NCBI GenBank assembly: GCA_026025075.1 | Contig: JAPEUI010000074.1 | Location: forward strand, 1-64,000 | DNA length: 64,000 nucleotides | DNA from: Vezdaea acicularis | Taxonomy: Eukaryota | Reading direction: 5' to 3' | Part shown: one piece after another, positions 47,751 through 60,140 of the stretch | How positions within the stretch are numbered: the first letter of the stretch is position 1 | Layout: every line of letters starts with the position of its first letter | The notes under the pieces: model-generated | Seen by the model: the letters and a program-made list of their open reading frames with translations, nothing else | The model's database searches: none | Told to the model about the DNA's origin: nothing | Made by a program: the position numbers and the translations under genes

Positions 47751-48875
47751 CTACTTGGGCTGCCAAAGCCAGTCCCTCTTATTGAATGTAACTTCGAAAT
47801 CCATTTCTCCATAGACCCCGACCGCTCCATATACATCACCCCGACCGTCAATACCATCGACTCTGACCACTGCCTGTGCGTCCACTGTCTCATTCAAGTC
47901 CCAGCCCCCATCCAGCTTCCCGTCCCTCGTGAAGAATACTTCTGCCTTCAGAGGGACAGTTGCGGCTGCTGAGGCCTCTACGTATGTTGGTGGACTATCA
48001 GAGACCGAGAAGGTCATGCCAATTCCGACCGTTGTGCCTATACCAAATGGCCTTGTGAACTCTCGTCCGCCATCAGGGTCGTCAATATATCGCCGTCCGT
48101 CGTCACCATGAACCCCCAAGCTTGATCGCTGCCAGCCAGGAAGTCTCCATGTAGGATATGGCTGGGCGACGAAACCAATAGAGAGGCCGCAACTTTCTGG
48201 ACCGCCTGCTTGCGACAATACTTTTGCCTCATAATATATGGTCTTCGGTATTTTAGTCTGAAGTGGAGAGTGTTCTTGGGAAGAGTAGAGTGGTATGGCC
48301 GAGAGAAGGCATGCGTCTTCGGTCTTCTTCTTGCTACGCACAGTCCAGGCGCCACGGTGCCGAGAAGAGACCTCCCCATGAAGCTCTTTTGGTTTTGCAA
48401 GCTGTATATCGCCTTCTTCTAACGCTCTCTTCTCCCTTGTCGCAAGGACCCTTGGCTTAGCAAGGGCGTGCTGATCACACCATTTGTGTGCCCTTAGAGC
48501 TTCTGAGAGCGAAGCGTTACGGTATGGACTATATTCATATGCAAAGCTTGGTGGTGGGGGAAGAATCGAAGTGTCAGGGACCGCCTCCTCCCAGTTGTGT
48601 TGGGATTGTGTCATGTCATGATATGGCTCTTGCTGTTGGGGAAGAGTTTCAGGAGGAGGCGTATAGTGTGACTGCTGATGAGTGGGAGGTGGTCCCAGGG
48701 GAGGGGTGTACTCGGACTGCTGGTGGTTTGGAGGCGGTCCAGGAGGTGGGTCGTAACCCATGTTCGAAGCACCTTGCGGCATAGGAGTAGTTGTGGCCTT
48801 TGGTTCTGTCTGCGATACTACTCGGAAATTAGTGCCGTCGTTCAAATCAGCCTTCAAGGAGCGACCGAAGCACAT
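47751..48875 (-). CDS. SPRY-domain protein (Ssh4/Ear1-like domain) with Pro-rich N-terminal repeats
   Basis: IYYEAK, IGFVAQPYPTWRLPGW...SLGVHGDDGRRY, TVGIG, VFFTRDGK, VYGAVG. Confidence 0.88.
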   Translation of the reverse strand: MCFGRSLKADLNDGTNFRVVSQTEPKATTTPMPQGASNMGYDPPPGPPPNHQQSEYTPPLGPPPTHQQSHYTPPPETLPQQQEPYHDMTQSQHNWEEAVPDTSILPPPPSFAYEYSPYRNASLSEALRAHKWCDQHALAKPRVLATREKRALEEGDIQLAKPKELHGEVSSRHRGAWTVRSKKKTEDACLLSAIPLYSSQEHSPLQTKIPKTIYYEAKVLSQAGGPESCGLSIGFVAQPYPTWRLPGWQRSSLGVHGDDGRRYIDDPDGGREFTRPFGIGTTVGIGMTFSVSDSPPTYVEASAAATVPLKAEVFFTRDGKLDGGWDLNETVDAQAVVRVDGIDGRGDVYGAVGVYGEMDFEVTFNKRDWLWQPK

Positions 48876-49258
48876 GGCATCTGCAGGGTGAACTTGGATG
48901 GCTTAGTAGCTGGATTTGTCAAATGTAAGGGATCAGAGCACTGTTCAGGGGCGAAGGAAAGCTCAAGTACACATGATAGAGGGGTATGATGGAGCAGGAT
49001 TACATGAATAAGACTTCTCTTATGGCCTTGCTGAAGCTGAAGTGTAATTTAATAGAGCTTTTGCGCGGGGCTGAGTCCCGATAGATGACGTTACATCCGA
49101 TTCGCGTACAGCCCCACTCTAGGCACCCTCTAGAACTCTATTTTCTTGTCTTCGGTAATTTAACTGCTTGTATTTGACGGGTGCCTAATACGTCTTATAA
49201 CTCCTCTAGTACTAACATTATACATGAAACTACTGGAGATGCGCCATGGCGGGTACAG

Positions 49259-50433
49259 TCACCTTAGTATTAATGTCTCTCCGTCGCCTAGTTCTACAAA
49301 GTTCACGTCCTCTATGTCCTTGAGACAACTCTCATTGCTAAGACCCCCAACCTCGGCCTGCTCACGTTCCAACGCCTCTTTAAGAGTAAGAACATTTCGC
49401 TTTAGGAACCAGCTCACGATCCCGTTTCCTTTCTTAACTTCGTCGTGCGTTCCGACCCAGTATTTAGCTTGTAGGACTCTCTGAGCTTTGAGCCCATTAT
49501 ATGCCCCAAGATTCAGCTGGTTCACGAACGCAATGTCGTGCAAACCATGCATGAGTGCGATTGTCCTGATGGGGGGGCTTGCTACGGGGACGAATTGCAG
49601 ATTGTCTGGCAAGATCCCGTGCGGCGTATATATGATAGCATTGGCTGGTCTTGACTCACTGGACGAAGCTTTCGACGTTCGAGAATAAGCTATCATAACT
49701 GCGCTATGGTAGTATAGCAGCTCTGGACCCTGCGAAGCAAGTCTCGAAATTCCGAGCCAGCTTGGAAGCGGCGAAATGGAAGTATTTCTCCAGTCCGCTC
49801 CCGCACCCACGAATGTAGACATGTCTAGAACGGTGTCGAAATGAGACCAAGATCTTATAAGGTTCGCAGCTTTCTGGATATTGAACCGGATCAGCATGAT
49901 ATCCTTAAATGATAAAACCTTGGTGGGTTCCATACTGAAGTCGCAATGATAGGAACATATTTTGGTACTTCAAGTAGTGTCTCCCTGTGGCAATGATCCG
50001 TGAACTCATGTGAAATGACCACCACATCAATGTAGGAAGAGTCAGTTGCCAGAGGGGGGCCTAGAAAGTCTTTCTCAGAATGTGTCAACCCGGCAGCCAC
50101 TTCATTGTCCCTAGCAAGCTGTTGTACTTCCACAATCGATTTGATCTTGCTTTCCACTGCATGCCATTGCTGTGAGAACCAACTGGCTACGTCGCTCTGA
50201 GGACCTTGCAACCAAGGATCAATGAGAATGTTGTAGAATTGACGTCCGCGCGGACGTCTTTCATGGGAGGGATATGGGAGCTGCAAGAGCCAAGTGGTGT
50301 CTGCATTGAGATGGTTCAAGAGTGGTAGTACAGTGCCATCTTTTCTCAATTCGCGAGATGCTGCTGCATCGAGGTCCTGTTGTAGCTGGAGAGATGGCTC
50401 ATCCATTGACCTACTCAGACCTAGCTGCCGCAT
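49259..50433 (-). CDS. Metallo-beta-lactamase-fold hypothetical protein, 2 exons (start codon uncertain: 50433 or 50406)
   Basis: HLNADTTWLL, ILIDPWL, VVISHEFTDHCH, YTPHG, ALMHGLH, WVGTHDE. Confidence 0.75.
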
Positions 50434-50689
50434 ATCAGTCAAATCTCTTTAAGAATATATGAGGTGGCATGGAAAAGGCAAATAGAGATGGACGAAAAAC
50501 ATTTTCTGTGCTTCCATCCCTTATTTTTAGATGAGCCGACTCTCCTAGCTGGTAGAGCCGATAACTATGCCCTATTTATTGTACAGATGTGGCAAGGTCT
50601 GGCGAAGAGCGCGTCATGGAAGTTGCCGCGTAAAGGGCCCCCTCATGGAGCCGAGGAGCATATAGACAAGGCTTTTGATATGAGATTAT

Positions 50690-51030
50690 ATTTTAATTGT
50701 CAATATAATATCAAATAGTAATTTAATAAATCTAAAAGATAAAATAGATAGAATTATTAATATATTAAATAATCATTGGCTGTTTTTGGTATCTATTTGC
50801 AATTGATAATATTATGTAGATTATAAAAATATTATAAAAATCTATATAAAAATCAATACATATAATATTTATATATCTAAGTATTATAACATTATTCTCT
50901 ATATTAATCGTCAGAAAAAGAAGCATTCTCAAACAAGGACGATAATTCATTTGCTTTAATGAGTTTTAATGATCTAATACTCTGTCTTCCAATGAAAGGA
51001 AATTTTCAAAATTTTATTTTCTTATTATTT
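50690..51030. other. AT-rich island, possibly a RIP-mutated transposon relic
   Basis: About 340 nt dominated by A/T with abundant TpA, sharply bounded by mixed-composition DNA. Confidence 0.55.
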
Positions 51031-51494
51031 ACAGGACAGATTTATTGGGCAGGTCTGTGGTTATCCGGCGGAGACCGTTTGCTGAGTTAAGACTCCGGAT
51101 CCCCAAGACCTGTCGTCCCGTCACTGGCACAAAAAATAAAAAATCATGTTGGACATCTCTCGCAACTCTTTTGTGTGAAGAGCAATTTTGTGGCCGCGCC
51201 TTGATGGATCCGGGCTGGACATTTTCCAAAGCTATCATTATGATATGACTCCCCCAGATAATGCACTAGCCAAGATCCAACGAACTTCTACCCCTGAGAA
51301 TGAAAAGAAAAGCCACATGAACTTTTTTAGATTAAACGAGGTTTGGCGCTGGCTAAATAGAATATCTATGCAATTACTACGCCGGTGCAAAATATGCCGT
51401 CGATCGAGGACCCCCGAGTATTACCATTATGTGCAAACAGACCGAGATGAGGAAAAACCTATTTATGATGCAGATGATGGTAGCTTCAAGGTTC

Positions 51495-53458
51495 TTAGTG
51501 GTGCCGTTCGTGAAGGTACACTACTGTCGTCCAACCAGCGCAGCATTGCGTGCTCATACCGTGCTCGCACCACGGGCACCGTACGACCGTGTCGACCTCG
51601 CCTTCCATTGCCCCTTCCACCTCGTTCTCCAGGATACGTCGGGGCATCGCCATTGCTTCGTAGACCTTGGATGGGAGATCATGCCAGAATTTGCATTTGC
51701 AGCATATGACGAACATTTTTGCTACAGGTTTCTGTTGCTGTGTACCGAGCGCTCCGTCTTGCAGGCTAGATGTATTGAAAGTCCGATGGCGGCTAGGCGG
51801 CATTGGACGAAGAGAGGACCCGGGGGGGTGTCGTTTTGCCCTGTTTGCAGCGTCACGAAGGTAAGAGGCGCTTGAAGCGCCAACAGGAAGGGAGAGGCCG
51901 TCGTCACTGCTAGCACGGGTGCTTGGTGGAGTTGGGCTTGTCAAATTGAGCGAGGAGGCGCCTTCAGATAGATAGATCGTGGAGGGCGCCGAAGATCCAG
52001 AGGTAGAAGAGGATGTTCTGGCGTCGAGGTGAAACTGTGATCGGAATGAATCGAATGGAGCTTCAGCTGCCTCGGAGGATTCTGCAATCACAGGTTCTGA
52101 GGGATCCATGAGTGGAGAAAAACGGCCCGTAGAAATTCGTTGTGGAGAAGCGAGATCTGCGGCAACGTCTGCCGTAATGTCCTCATGCTGTTGATCAGAC
52201 AGAGATGCTGCCATGCCAGATGCAACAGAGGAATTGATGCAAGGTACTTCTATATGCTGAGCACTTGTTTTCGAAGGTTCCGTTGGTGTTTCGGGAGAAG
52301 GAGGGATCTCATTCACATTGGACGCCTCTACTTGAGATTCGGGTTCTATTTTCATGTTCAAAAGGGCCAAATTATGGTCCTCAAGCTTGCGGGAAGATGA
52401 TGAGCTCGAAGGCGAGGCTGGCCGTGACATTGTGTCCTTCAATGGGGTAGGCGGTGCTGAATGAGTCATTGCTACTGAGGTCCGTGAAGATTGAACCTCC
52501 GCAACGTTTGGCCTAAATATCGAGCTACCAGAATCTTGTCGGTGAACACAGTTGGGGCGTTTCGCATTGGATCCAGCCAAAGTCATGTGATAAGCGTGGG
52601 TGATGAGGTCTCTCTCATACTCGTCTTCGGATCCGGATGAAGATTCGAGAGCGAACCTCTGGCGTGCGTCTTTGCTTGCTGTTTTTGGCGCAAGAGGAAG
52701 GCTCAAAGGGTTCCGAAGACTGGAAGAGGTGCTGGTGCGGTACGGCTTGATATACCTCGAAATCTCAGAACTCATTGTGGTCCGTTGCGACTTCGTCATC
52801 GGATCTTGGGGGGCCCTCCAAGCAGCGGTGAAGGCCATTGGTGAAGAAGCAAGGTATGACTTTCGATCACTGGATACCGATTGAGGCCGCCTGTTAGCCC
52901 AAGTCGAGGACTCCGACTCCTTTTCCCGTGCCTTCTTCAATTGCTTCTCAAACACCTTCATCTCCTTCTCCGCCAGTTTCCTTTCTTTGTCTAGCCTACT
53001 CTTCTCCTTCTTCTTCTTCCTCCCACCAAAGTCTGACCAGCTAGGGGAAACGCAAATATCAGAGTCGGGGGATGGTGGGCCCTTGGGGACGGCAGCGCCG
53101 GGTTGTTGCTCCACCTTCAGGAACTCCTCAGGAAGGGGTATCTTCACGAGGAGAGCTGGCGTTGAAGCTGGGCGACTGCTTAGTGGTGGTCTTGGGAGTT
53201 TTTTCTCTCGGTCGGCTTGGAACCGACTAATGTCCTCCTTTGTGCGTTGCGGAGTGCTGGACGCTTGGGCGCGTTCTCTCTGGAAGAGCGCATTGAAGGT
53301 CAGACTTTGTGGTTACGCAAAGGCACAAAAAGCATGGGAGTACCTACTAGACTTGTCCTCGCCATGAGGTCGACGATATGTATGGGCTGTTCTGGAGCAC
53401 CTCTAGCCCGTAATCCTCTCGTGCGGCCACTCAGTGCATCAGGTGGGGCCATCGCCAT
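51495..53458 (-). CDS. Uncharacterised Ser/Pro-rich protein with C-terminal Cys/His cluster; one 5' intron (GTAGGT..CCAG, about 53347-53280)
   Basis: Long ORF ending KMFVICCKCKFWHDLP...VRCPWCEHGMSTQCCAGWTTVVYLHERHH. A phase-0 intron links an upstream ATG exon; exact start uncertain. Confidence 0.8.
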
Positions 53459-55041
53459 CTTGAAAGAGCGCGAGGAGAGAGTATCCTTTAAATCGACGGG
53501 TAGAGAGGGCTTCGTAAACGGGGGTCAGAAGTGAGTGTTAAGGTTGCTAGTTCTAGGAGGGCAGGTAGGCTTATAAGCTATCGAATGGCCTCAGAACACC
53601 CCGAAATGCGGAAGGTGAATGATCGAGGCCATCAACACAATCGATTCTGATTATGTCTCAACAAAGCGACTTGTAAAGTTGCGAGGTAGATAGTCAAGGT
53701 CCGACTCTTGACTCTGCCTGTGAAATAGATTTGAAGTCCAAAGAGAAGGGAAAGGGAGGGGGAAAGGGAAGAAGTGGCTAGTGATGGAGCAACCTGGCTG
53801 GTGGATTTAATTGGCCATAGGGAGAGGGCTGAAATTAAGGAATGACCAGTACAAAAATCGAGCATATATGTGCAAGAGAGAGGCGACAATATGTCAATGG
53901 ACGCATGGACACGGGCTCGCTGGGCGACAGCGCTGGCCTGAACTCTCGCCGGTCGCTCGCACCAGACTGCAATCTGCTCCCCGGCCCTGGCTGGGATAGT
54001 CTTTTACAGAGCCTGAGCGCACTTGGGCATAAGCGCAAGCACGGGCCACGAGTGGGGCTTGGGCGAAGGGCCTTGGTCGAGGGCTAATCTTTGAGTTGCA
54101 ATGAAAGAACGAGAGCAAGAGGAGAAGGAAAAGAAAGAGGGCAGCTCGAATGACGAGTGGCACCGGGTGCGAAGGGAAGAGTCACGGCGCCATCGCTGTT
54201 TGCGACACCAGCGCCGATGCTGCGAAGGAAAACGAGAGACGCGGCGAGGTCGAGGTGCGACACGGTCTCTGGCCACGGCGACGGTGATGCCTCATCGAGC
54301 ACGAAGGATCGTGAGCCCGGATCGAGCGGCGAAGGGTAGACGTCCAGTACTCGTGGGGCCCTCCTTCGTCGTCTGCCTTTACCAGTCACGTCTCTGGCCG
54401 ACGTCTTTCGGCCAGGAGCACACTGGCACGGTGCTGAGGCAGCTAAGGCTGGCGCTACGGGCACGTCTGATGCACCTAGTCGAGGCGAGAGGGAGCGGAC
54501 CAATCCGCGGCGTGTTCCGCGCCAGGCTTTCCCGCATCCCGGAGCGTTGGCGCACGCCCGAAGGCGACGATGTTGATACAACAACGGGGGAGTCGCGCGA
54601 TTATCGCGAGATGACCGTCCTGCAACAGTGTGGCCTCATGGCCGATGATGGCTAGAAGACGCGCAAGGATGAGAGCCTTTGCGTCCTATTTTGAGGGAGA
54701 GGGCAGGACTATCGCCTACCGTTACAAAGGCCGCAGGACCCCCCCCCTTTTCTACCTTTCCCCTCCACAAATTACGTACCCTGCACCGTGCACGCATCTC
54801 AATATCATCTTGGCTCTACTGCATGCTATTGTTATCTTCCGCATCGACAACATTCACTTGGCCCAACAATTTGCTTTAAAGGTTGCTTTTTTTTTGGTCA
54901 TCAATGGTTGTCAGAATGTTGACGGGCACACCTTATTAGTTATTGTCCAACCCGCGGTCTCAACATCCTCGCCATCTATATTTATATAATTGCAGTGCTT
55001 CGAGCGTTGGGGAGCCGCAATGGAATATAGCCAGCGGGCCG

Positions 55042-57123
55042 TCAATTCCGATGGAAGCGCTCGCTCCCCCGCTTCACCAATCGAACAGGTACGTCTCCAT
55101 TCTGCAATTGCAGTGTGATGAACATCCCCGTCCCCTTTGTCATCAGCCAATTCGCCCTTTCATTCGCCTTCTCCCAGATGCTTCTCCTCTCCGCCTGGTC
55201 CATCATCTCTATCTCGTGGTCGCCCGCCCACTCATCAACAGCTAGCTCGACGCTGTACTCATGGAATATCGCGGCGAGTACCGCCAGAGTCTCGACCTGA
55301 GCAAAGCGTTGCCCGATGCAAGAGCGCCGCCCCTGACTGAAAGGAAGGAAAGCGCCTTTGGGCGGCTGGTATAAGCCCGTCGAGACATTTGTTGTTTCAT
55401 CACTGCCGACTTGTGAATCAATGTTCTGCTTCTCTCTCCTGGCCTCGCTGATGAGCCACCTCTCCGGCTTGAAGCGATTCAGGTCGTTCTCATCGTCGGC
55501 ATCGTATCGTGGCCAATACCTCGTATGCCGATGCGCATCTACGGCGGCGATTTGTATCATCGTATTTTCTGGAATAACACATCTCTTTCCATCGACCATG
55601 ATCGCTTGCGGCTTCCCTTTTGGCGTTGATTTCGGGATTGCCGTAGCAGCCGGATAGAGACGCAAGGTCTCGTTCATCACTGCCTCTGCCATGGTTCCCT
55701 GCAACTTAAAATAGTCACGCTGGTAGCTCCACTCCATGGTCGGCCGATCAGTAAACACAGCATCAAGATCGTTCTGCAATCTCTTCTGAGATCCCGGGTT
55801 TCGGGCAAGTTCGAGGATGGCGAAGCACAAAGTATTAGCAGAGGTCTCGTGACCCGCGATGATAAAAGTCCAGGCGTTGCCCAAGATTTCGTCATCAGAA
55901 AGGAGCTGATTCGTTGGCATAGAGGGCCCAGGAGGATTATTCGAGAGAAAAGCGGATTTCTCGAGCGTCTCCTTTGTGATGCCGGCGCCACTAACTAGGG
56001 CGCCCATAATGTCGACCCGCTCGCGTGTGCTGCCGGCTAGGATCTCTTCCTTTCTCTGCTTAAGAAGGCGCCGTAGATACTTGTTCCAGTTATAGAGCGC
56101 TTTGTAGCCACTTTGGCAACCCTTGATGGGGAGTATCCCTAAGGTACGGTCAGTGGTTCTGAAGCTTAAGACAAGACTCCAATGACGACATGTCTGAAAT
56201 GAGAAACTTATGCCCATTGTAGATGTTGTTTGGGCGAGGGGGTATGGGAAGGTCAATGGGAATGTATTTGGACGTACTTAAAAGCCATCTTGGGAGAACG
56301 AGAACCCAGAGGACATTATGCAAAAGCGTTATGAGGGCATCTTCGTAACTCATTGTATATCCCTCGCTAGTATTAATCTCTTTATTGTGTTCTTCTAACC
56401 CCGACCAGTCCATATGAACGCCAAAGCCAGCGTAACTGATGATTAGTAATGTCAACCTCATAGTGTCTTCTTGGACGCTTCTGACTGTACCGCTGCCACC
56501 CTCCTTGTCGGTCCAGCCTTTCAACATCGCCTGCGACTGACGCAGACTCTCCTCCCATACTAGGACATTATTCTTCTCTGTGAAAGCTTTGGACGCTATT
56601 CTGCGATGATGCTTCCAAACCGTACCTTCTGTCGTGAGCACGTTTATGCCAAACATGTTCATGATGGCATACAATTCGACGGGCTTCGGGAAGTCTTCCC
56701 ATCGATTGCACATCTCATTGATGACGTCTGGAGAGCACGTGAAGAGGTTCGTTCTTCCCCCGGACGGATTGATAAATGTATCGGCCCCGAACTCGGCGAA
56801 AGGCTCGTATAGGTCATGCCACCACCATGATCGCCTCAGCAACCTGAGCGAAGCTCATCAGAAAGAGATCCAACTAATATCAAGACTGGGAATACAGACC
56901 TCAGACCCGCTGGTTTCAGCGAACCAGGGATCAAGGCTTCAATGGGTCGTATGAGAAGACCACCAAAAGTCAACCAGCGGAAGCCGAGGTAATCTAATGG
57001 TACGGGGATGCATTTGATTCCGGACTGCTTGGCAATCAAGACGTTTCGTCGAAATTGAAGGTACCAATTGATCAGGTACGCAAACAGGAGGATGAGGAGC
57101 AGAATGTAGACATTGGTCATCAT
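55042..57123 (-). CDS. Cytochrome P450 monooxygenase, 3 exons
   Basis: N-terminal membrane anchor, WKHHR (C helix), AGHETSA (I helix), ETLR, PERW, heme motif FSQGRRSCIG. Confidence 0.96.
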
Positions 57124-58183
57124 TATCGAGACCGGTCAACCTGCGCAGATATTAGGGGAACGAGTTCCGAGAGCCTGGCTTCTCGAGATGTTCGTTTGGT
57201 GTTGGACTATCACGGCCGGAAGATCGGCCACTATTGTGTCTTGAACGACTTTCTCTGCAGAAGGTCGCTGACACGGGCCATGACACCACCACTTGCTCAT
57301 AAACCCTGTCAAAGGGTCGCCAGGCGGAGTGGTCCATTCGTATGGCTTGGTGGCCGCCTACCAGAATGATGTTAGACTAGTGAGTGCTAGCGGGCCAGAC
57401 CCGATTCCCCCTTGTTCTCGATTTAGCCAAGGGCTGAATTAGAAGCCGTCTCATTGGCTCACCCTCCTGACTGGAGGGTGCTCGGTGTGGAGGCGAGACG
57501 CATCTTCGAAGGAACCTACGGTTCTTGTCGGGATGCATATATTGCGCAAAGAAATTCTGAACCAGCTTCTACTGGCTTTAGATGAATAGGATTTGCCAGA
57601 CGTTACTACAGTAGCGGTGCGCGCAGGGCCCCGCTAAGCCCGAACGAAAAAACCATATTCCACGAGCTGTAGATCTCCACGTGCGAGATCCCTGCTTACC
57701 ACCCCCACGATCTTACACGCTCCACATGATGTTCCCGATGCCGTCGCCGATGGAATTTCAGTCTCCATGCTCTATCCTGATGCTTCAACGTAGCTCTTAG
57801 CTGAGTCAAAGACCTCTGACATCTCCACTGGGCGGTCATGGATTCGTTCACGGTGCCACTTCGGTTCGATTTGGACAACTGGGTCGGCGTTATATGCAGG
57901 TCAGGGGTTCAAACCACAAAGGAGTTGAGGTATCAACTAACGTGACCAAAGCATGCACGGATTGATAACCAAAAGAAGTGATTTTTCAATTTTTTTTCTG
58001 CTTACGAGCTTTCCTGTCCTTCATCGTAACATGCTACCGTAGAAGCAGTTAAAGTTGCAAAATACGTGGGAATCTCTAAACCGAACGGCTGTACGAAGCT
58101 CGACCAAATGAAAACCGCTCCTTCCATCTCCCTACTACCAAAACTAAAACAGCCCCAGCCCCAGATGACTTACTTCGAAGTGC

Positions 58184-60140
58184 TTAGACATGTGAGTCCC
58201 TCCTGCCGGTCTCAGGATCAAAGTCATGCGCAAGCACGCCTGAAGCAGGGATTTCGTTAGCCGCCACCGGCTTCTCACCCATGTCCTCCATTGCATTCAT
58301 CTCCTCCTCGGTATTATTGTATTTCGAATAAATGACCCAGAAGAGGACACCTGCGAGAACGGCCGCAACAGCAATGCCGGTGTACATCCAGACGAGCTTT
58401 GGATCCTTGGCCGTAGGCGAGAGTGCAATGCCGAGCGCAGAACCGAAGGCAGTTGTAAGCAGGAACATGCTCATCACGAAAGACTTCATGCTCGGAGGTG
58501 CCTTGGTAAAGGCGTATTCGAGACCGGTGATTGAGGCGAAGATCTCGGATATACCAATCAGAAGGTAGGCTGGGGTCTGCACGGCAACGTGAACCTGATT
58601 CGGTACGTCGCAGGCGGAAGGGGCGTTATAACATGGAGGCGAAGCGTAGATGATATGCTGTACAATCGCGGCGTAGGCCATGGCAAGGGCGGCAGTGAAG
58701 AAGCCAAATGTAATACGTGTAATAGGGCGGAAGGGTATACCGATCTTTCGCAAGAAGGGATAGATTAAGCGGTCGAAAATAGGGATGAAGATGATGAGGG
58801 TGATCGGGTCTATGTTCTGCATGATATCGTTCGGGATCCCGTGCAGCTCCATAGTTGCAGCTTGCGAGATGAAGTTGTTCAGCATTTGAGAATAGACCAC
58901 CCAGTAGACAGGGAAGAAGACGAAGACTTTGCACGCGACAAGACCACGCTTCAATTCGTCGATGAAGAGATCGTTCCAGGGCGTTTTGTATTTACGGCCG
59001 TACTCGTCTTGATATGATGGCTTGGCTGCGTTCATGTTGCCTCTATTCATGAGCCCAATCCATAGGGCCCTGAATGCGCTCGTGATGACAGAGCCCTTCG
59101 GTGGGCGAACTATGTAGAACTTCTTGCCCATCAAGAGTATGACGAATCCGAGAAGGAACATGCACAAGGGGAGCAAGTATGCAGACCAGAACCCCACATG
59201 CAATTCCAACTCGGTGGTCGCGATTGCGGAGAGTGAGCCAACGTTGATGCAGAGGTAGAATATCATGTAGATCCGCTGGATAGTTACAGCAGGGTCGATG
59301 ATGACGCGTTCGCCAGTCTTCGGAAGCACCCGAATTTTTGGCTTGGTGCCTCGATATTGCTCAGCTATAAGGGGGCTGACGTTTGATTTGATCCCTCCGG
59401 TGCCCAGACCGATGATGATCATGGCGGCAATGAGACCTCCGAGAGCAGCACCATGCTCGATCGCAACCGGGAGAGATGTCACAAAGAGGATGATAAGCCC
59501 GGTGATGTAGACGATGGAGAAGTATACTATCGTATTGAACTTCCCCAGATACTGATCGGCTACAATTGCGCCGAGGATGGGTGTGACGTAGCACCAAAAT
59601 TGGAAGAAGTTGCCCAGACCGGTGGCGCCCGTCTGATCGAGACCTGGCGGTACTGTCAGATACCTTCCGAAGGGAACCTAGATGTGCTCGTAACTTACCA
59701 AGGGCTCCGGGAACCTTCGGGTCACCATATGGGTTCTGTATATAATTTTGAAAGGGCCCACTTAGTCCGTAGAAGGCAAACCTCTCACAGAGTTCGACCA
59801 ACGCGACGATGAAAGCTGACCAGGGCAGCTTATCGGACACCTTACGCAGTGTCCTCAGCTCTTCTTCGGTGGGTATTTCACTCTCGGAAGACACGATACT
59901 GCTTGAATCCAAAGTACCCTTGTCATCCCCCATCCCGCTTTTTTCGTCCATATGGGCAGCAGCTGGCGCAGTCAATACCGCACCCGTCGCGCCGCCAGAC
60001 ATATCCTGCTGGCTTGATTTTCGGGGCGCAACTTCAGTTGCATGAAGTCTAGAGGAATGTCAGTAAGAACAATGGAGAAGATATAGGGGACCAGATATCA
60101 TGGTCACATACTGCGCAACCATGCCTTCACGTTCGGCCAT
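58184..60140 (-). CDS. PTR2: POT/PTR family di/tripeptide transporter, 3 exons
   Basis: ELCERFAFYG (ExxERFxxYG), GTGGIKSNV, FYLCINVGSL, SITGLEYAFTKAP. Short first exon MAEREGMVAQ splices in frame. Confidence 0.95.

Noticed and set aside
57895..57920. AGGTCAGGGGTTCAAACC resembling a tRNA/SINE B-box
   Set aside because: No paired T-stem, acceptor stem or A-box at the proper spacing.
49259..60140. Possible secondary-metabolite cluster (MBL protein, P450, peptide transporter)
   Set aside because: No PKS, NRPS, terpene synthase, UstYa-like oxidase or pathway regulator in the window, and the genes are widely spaced.
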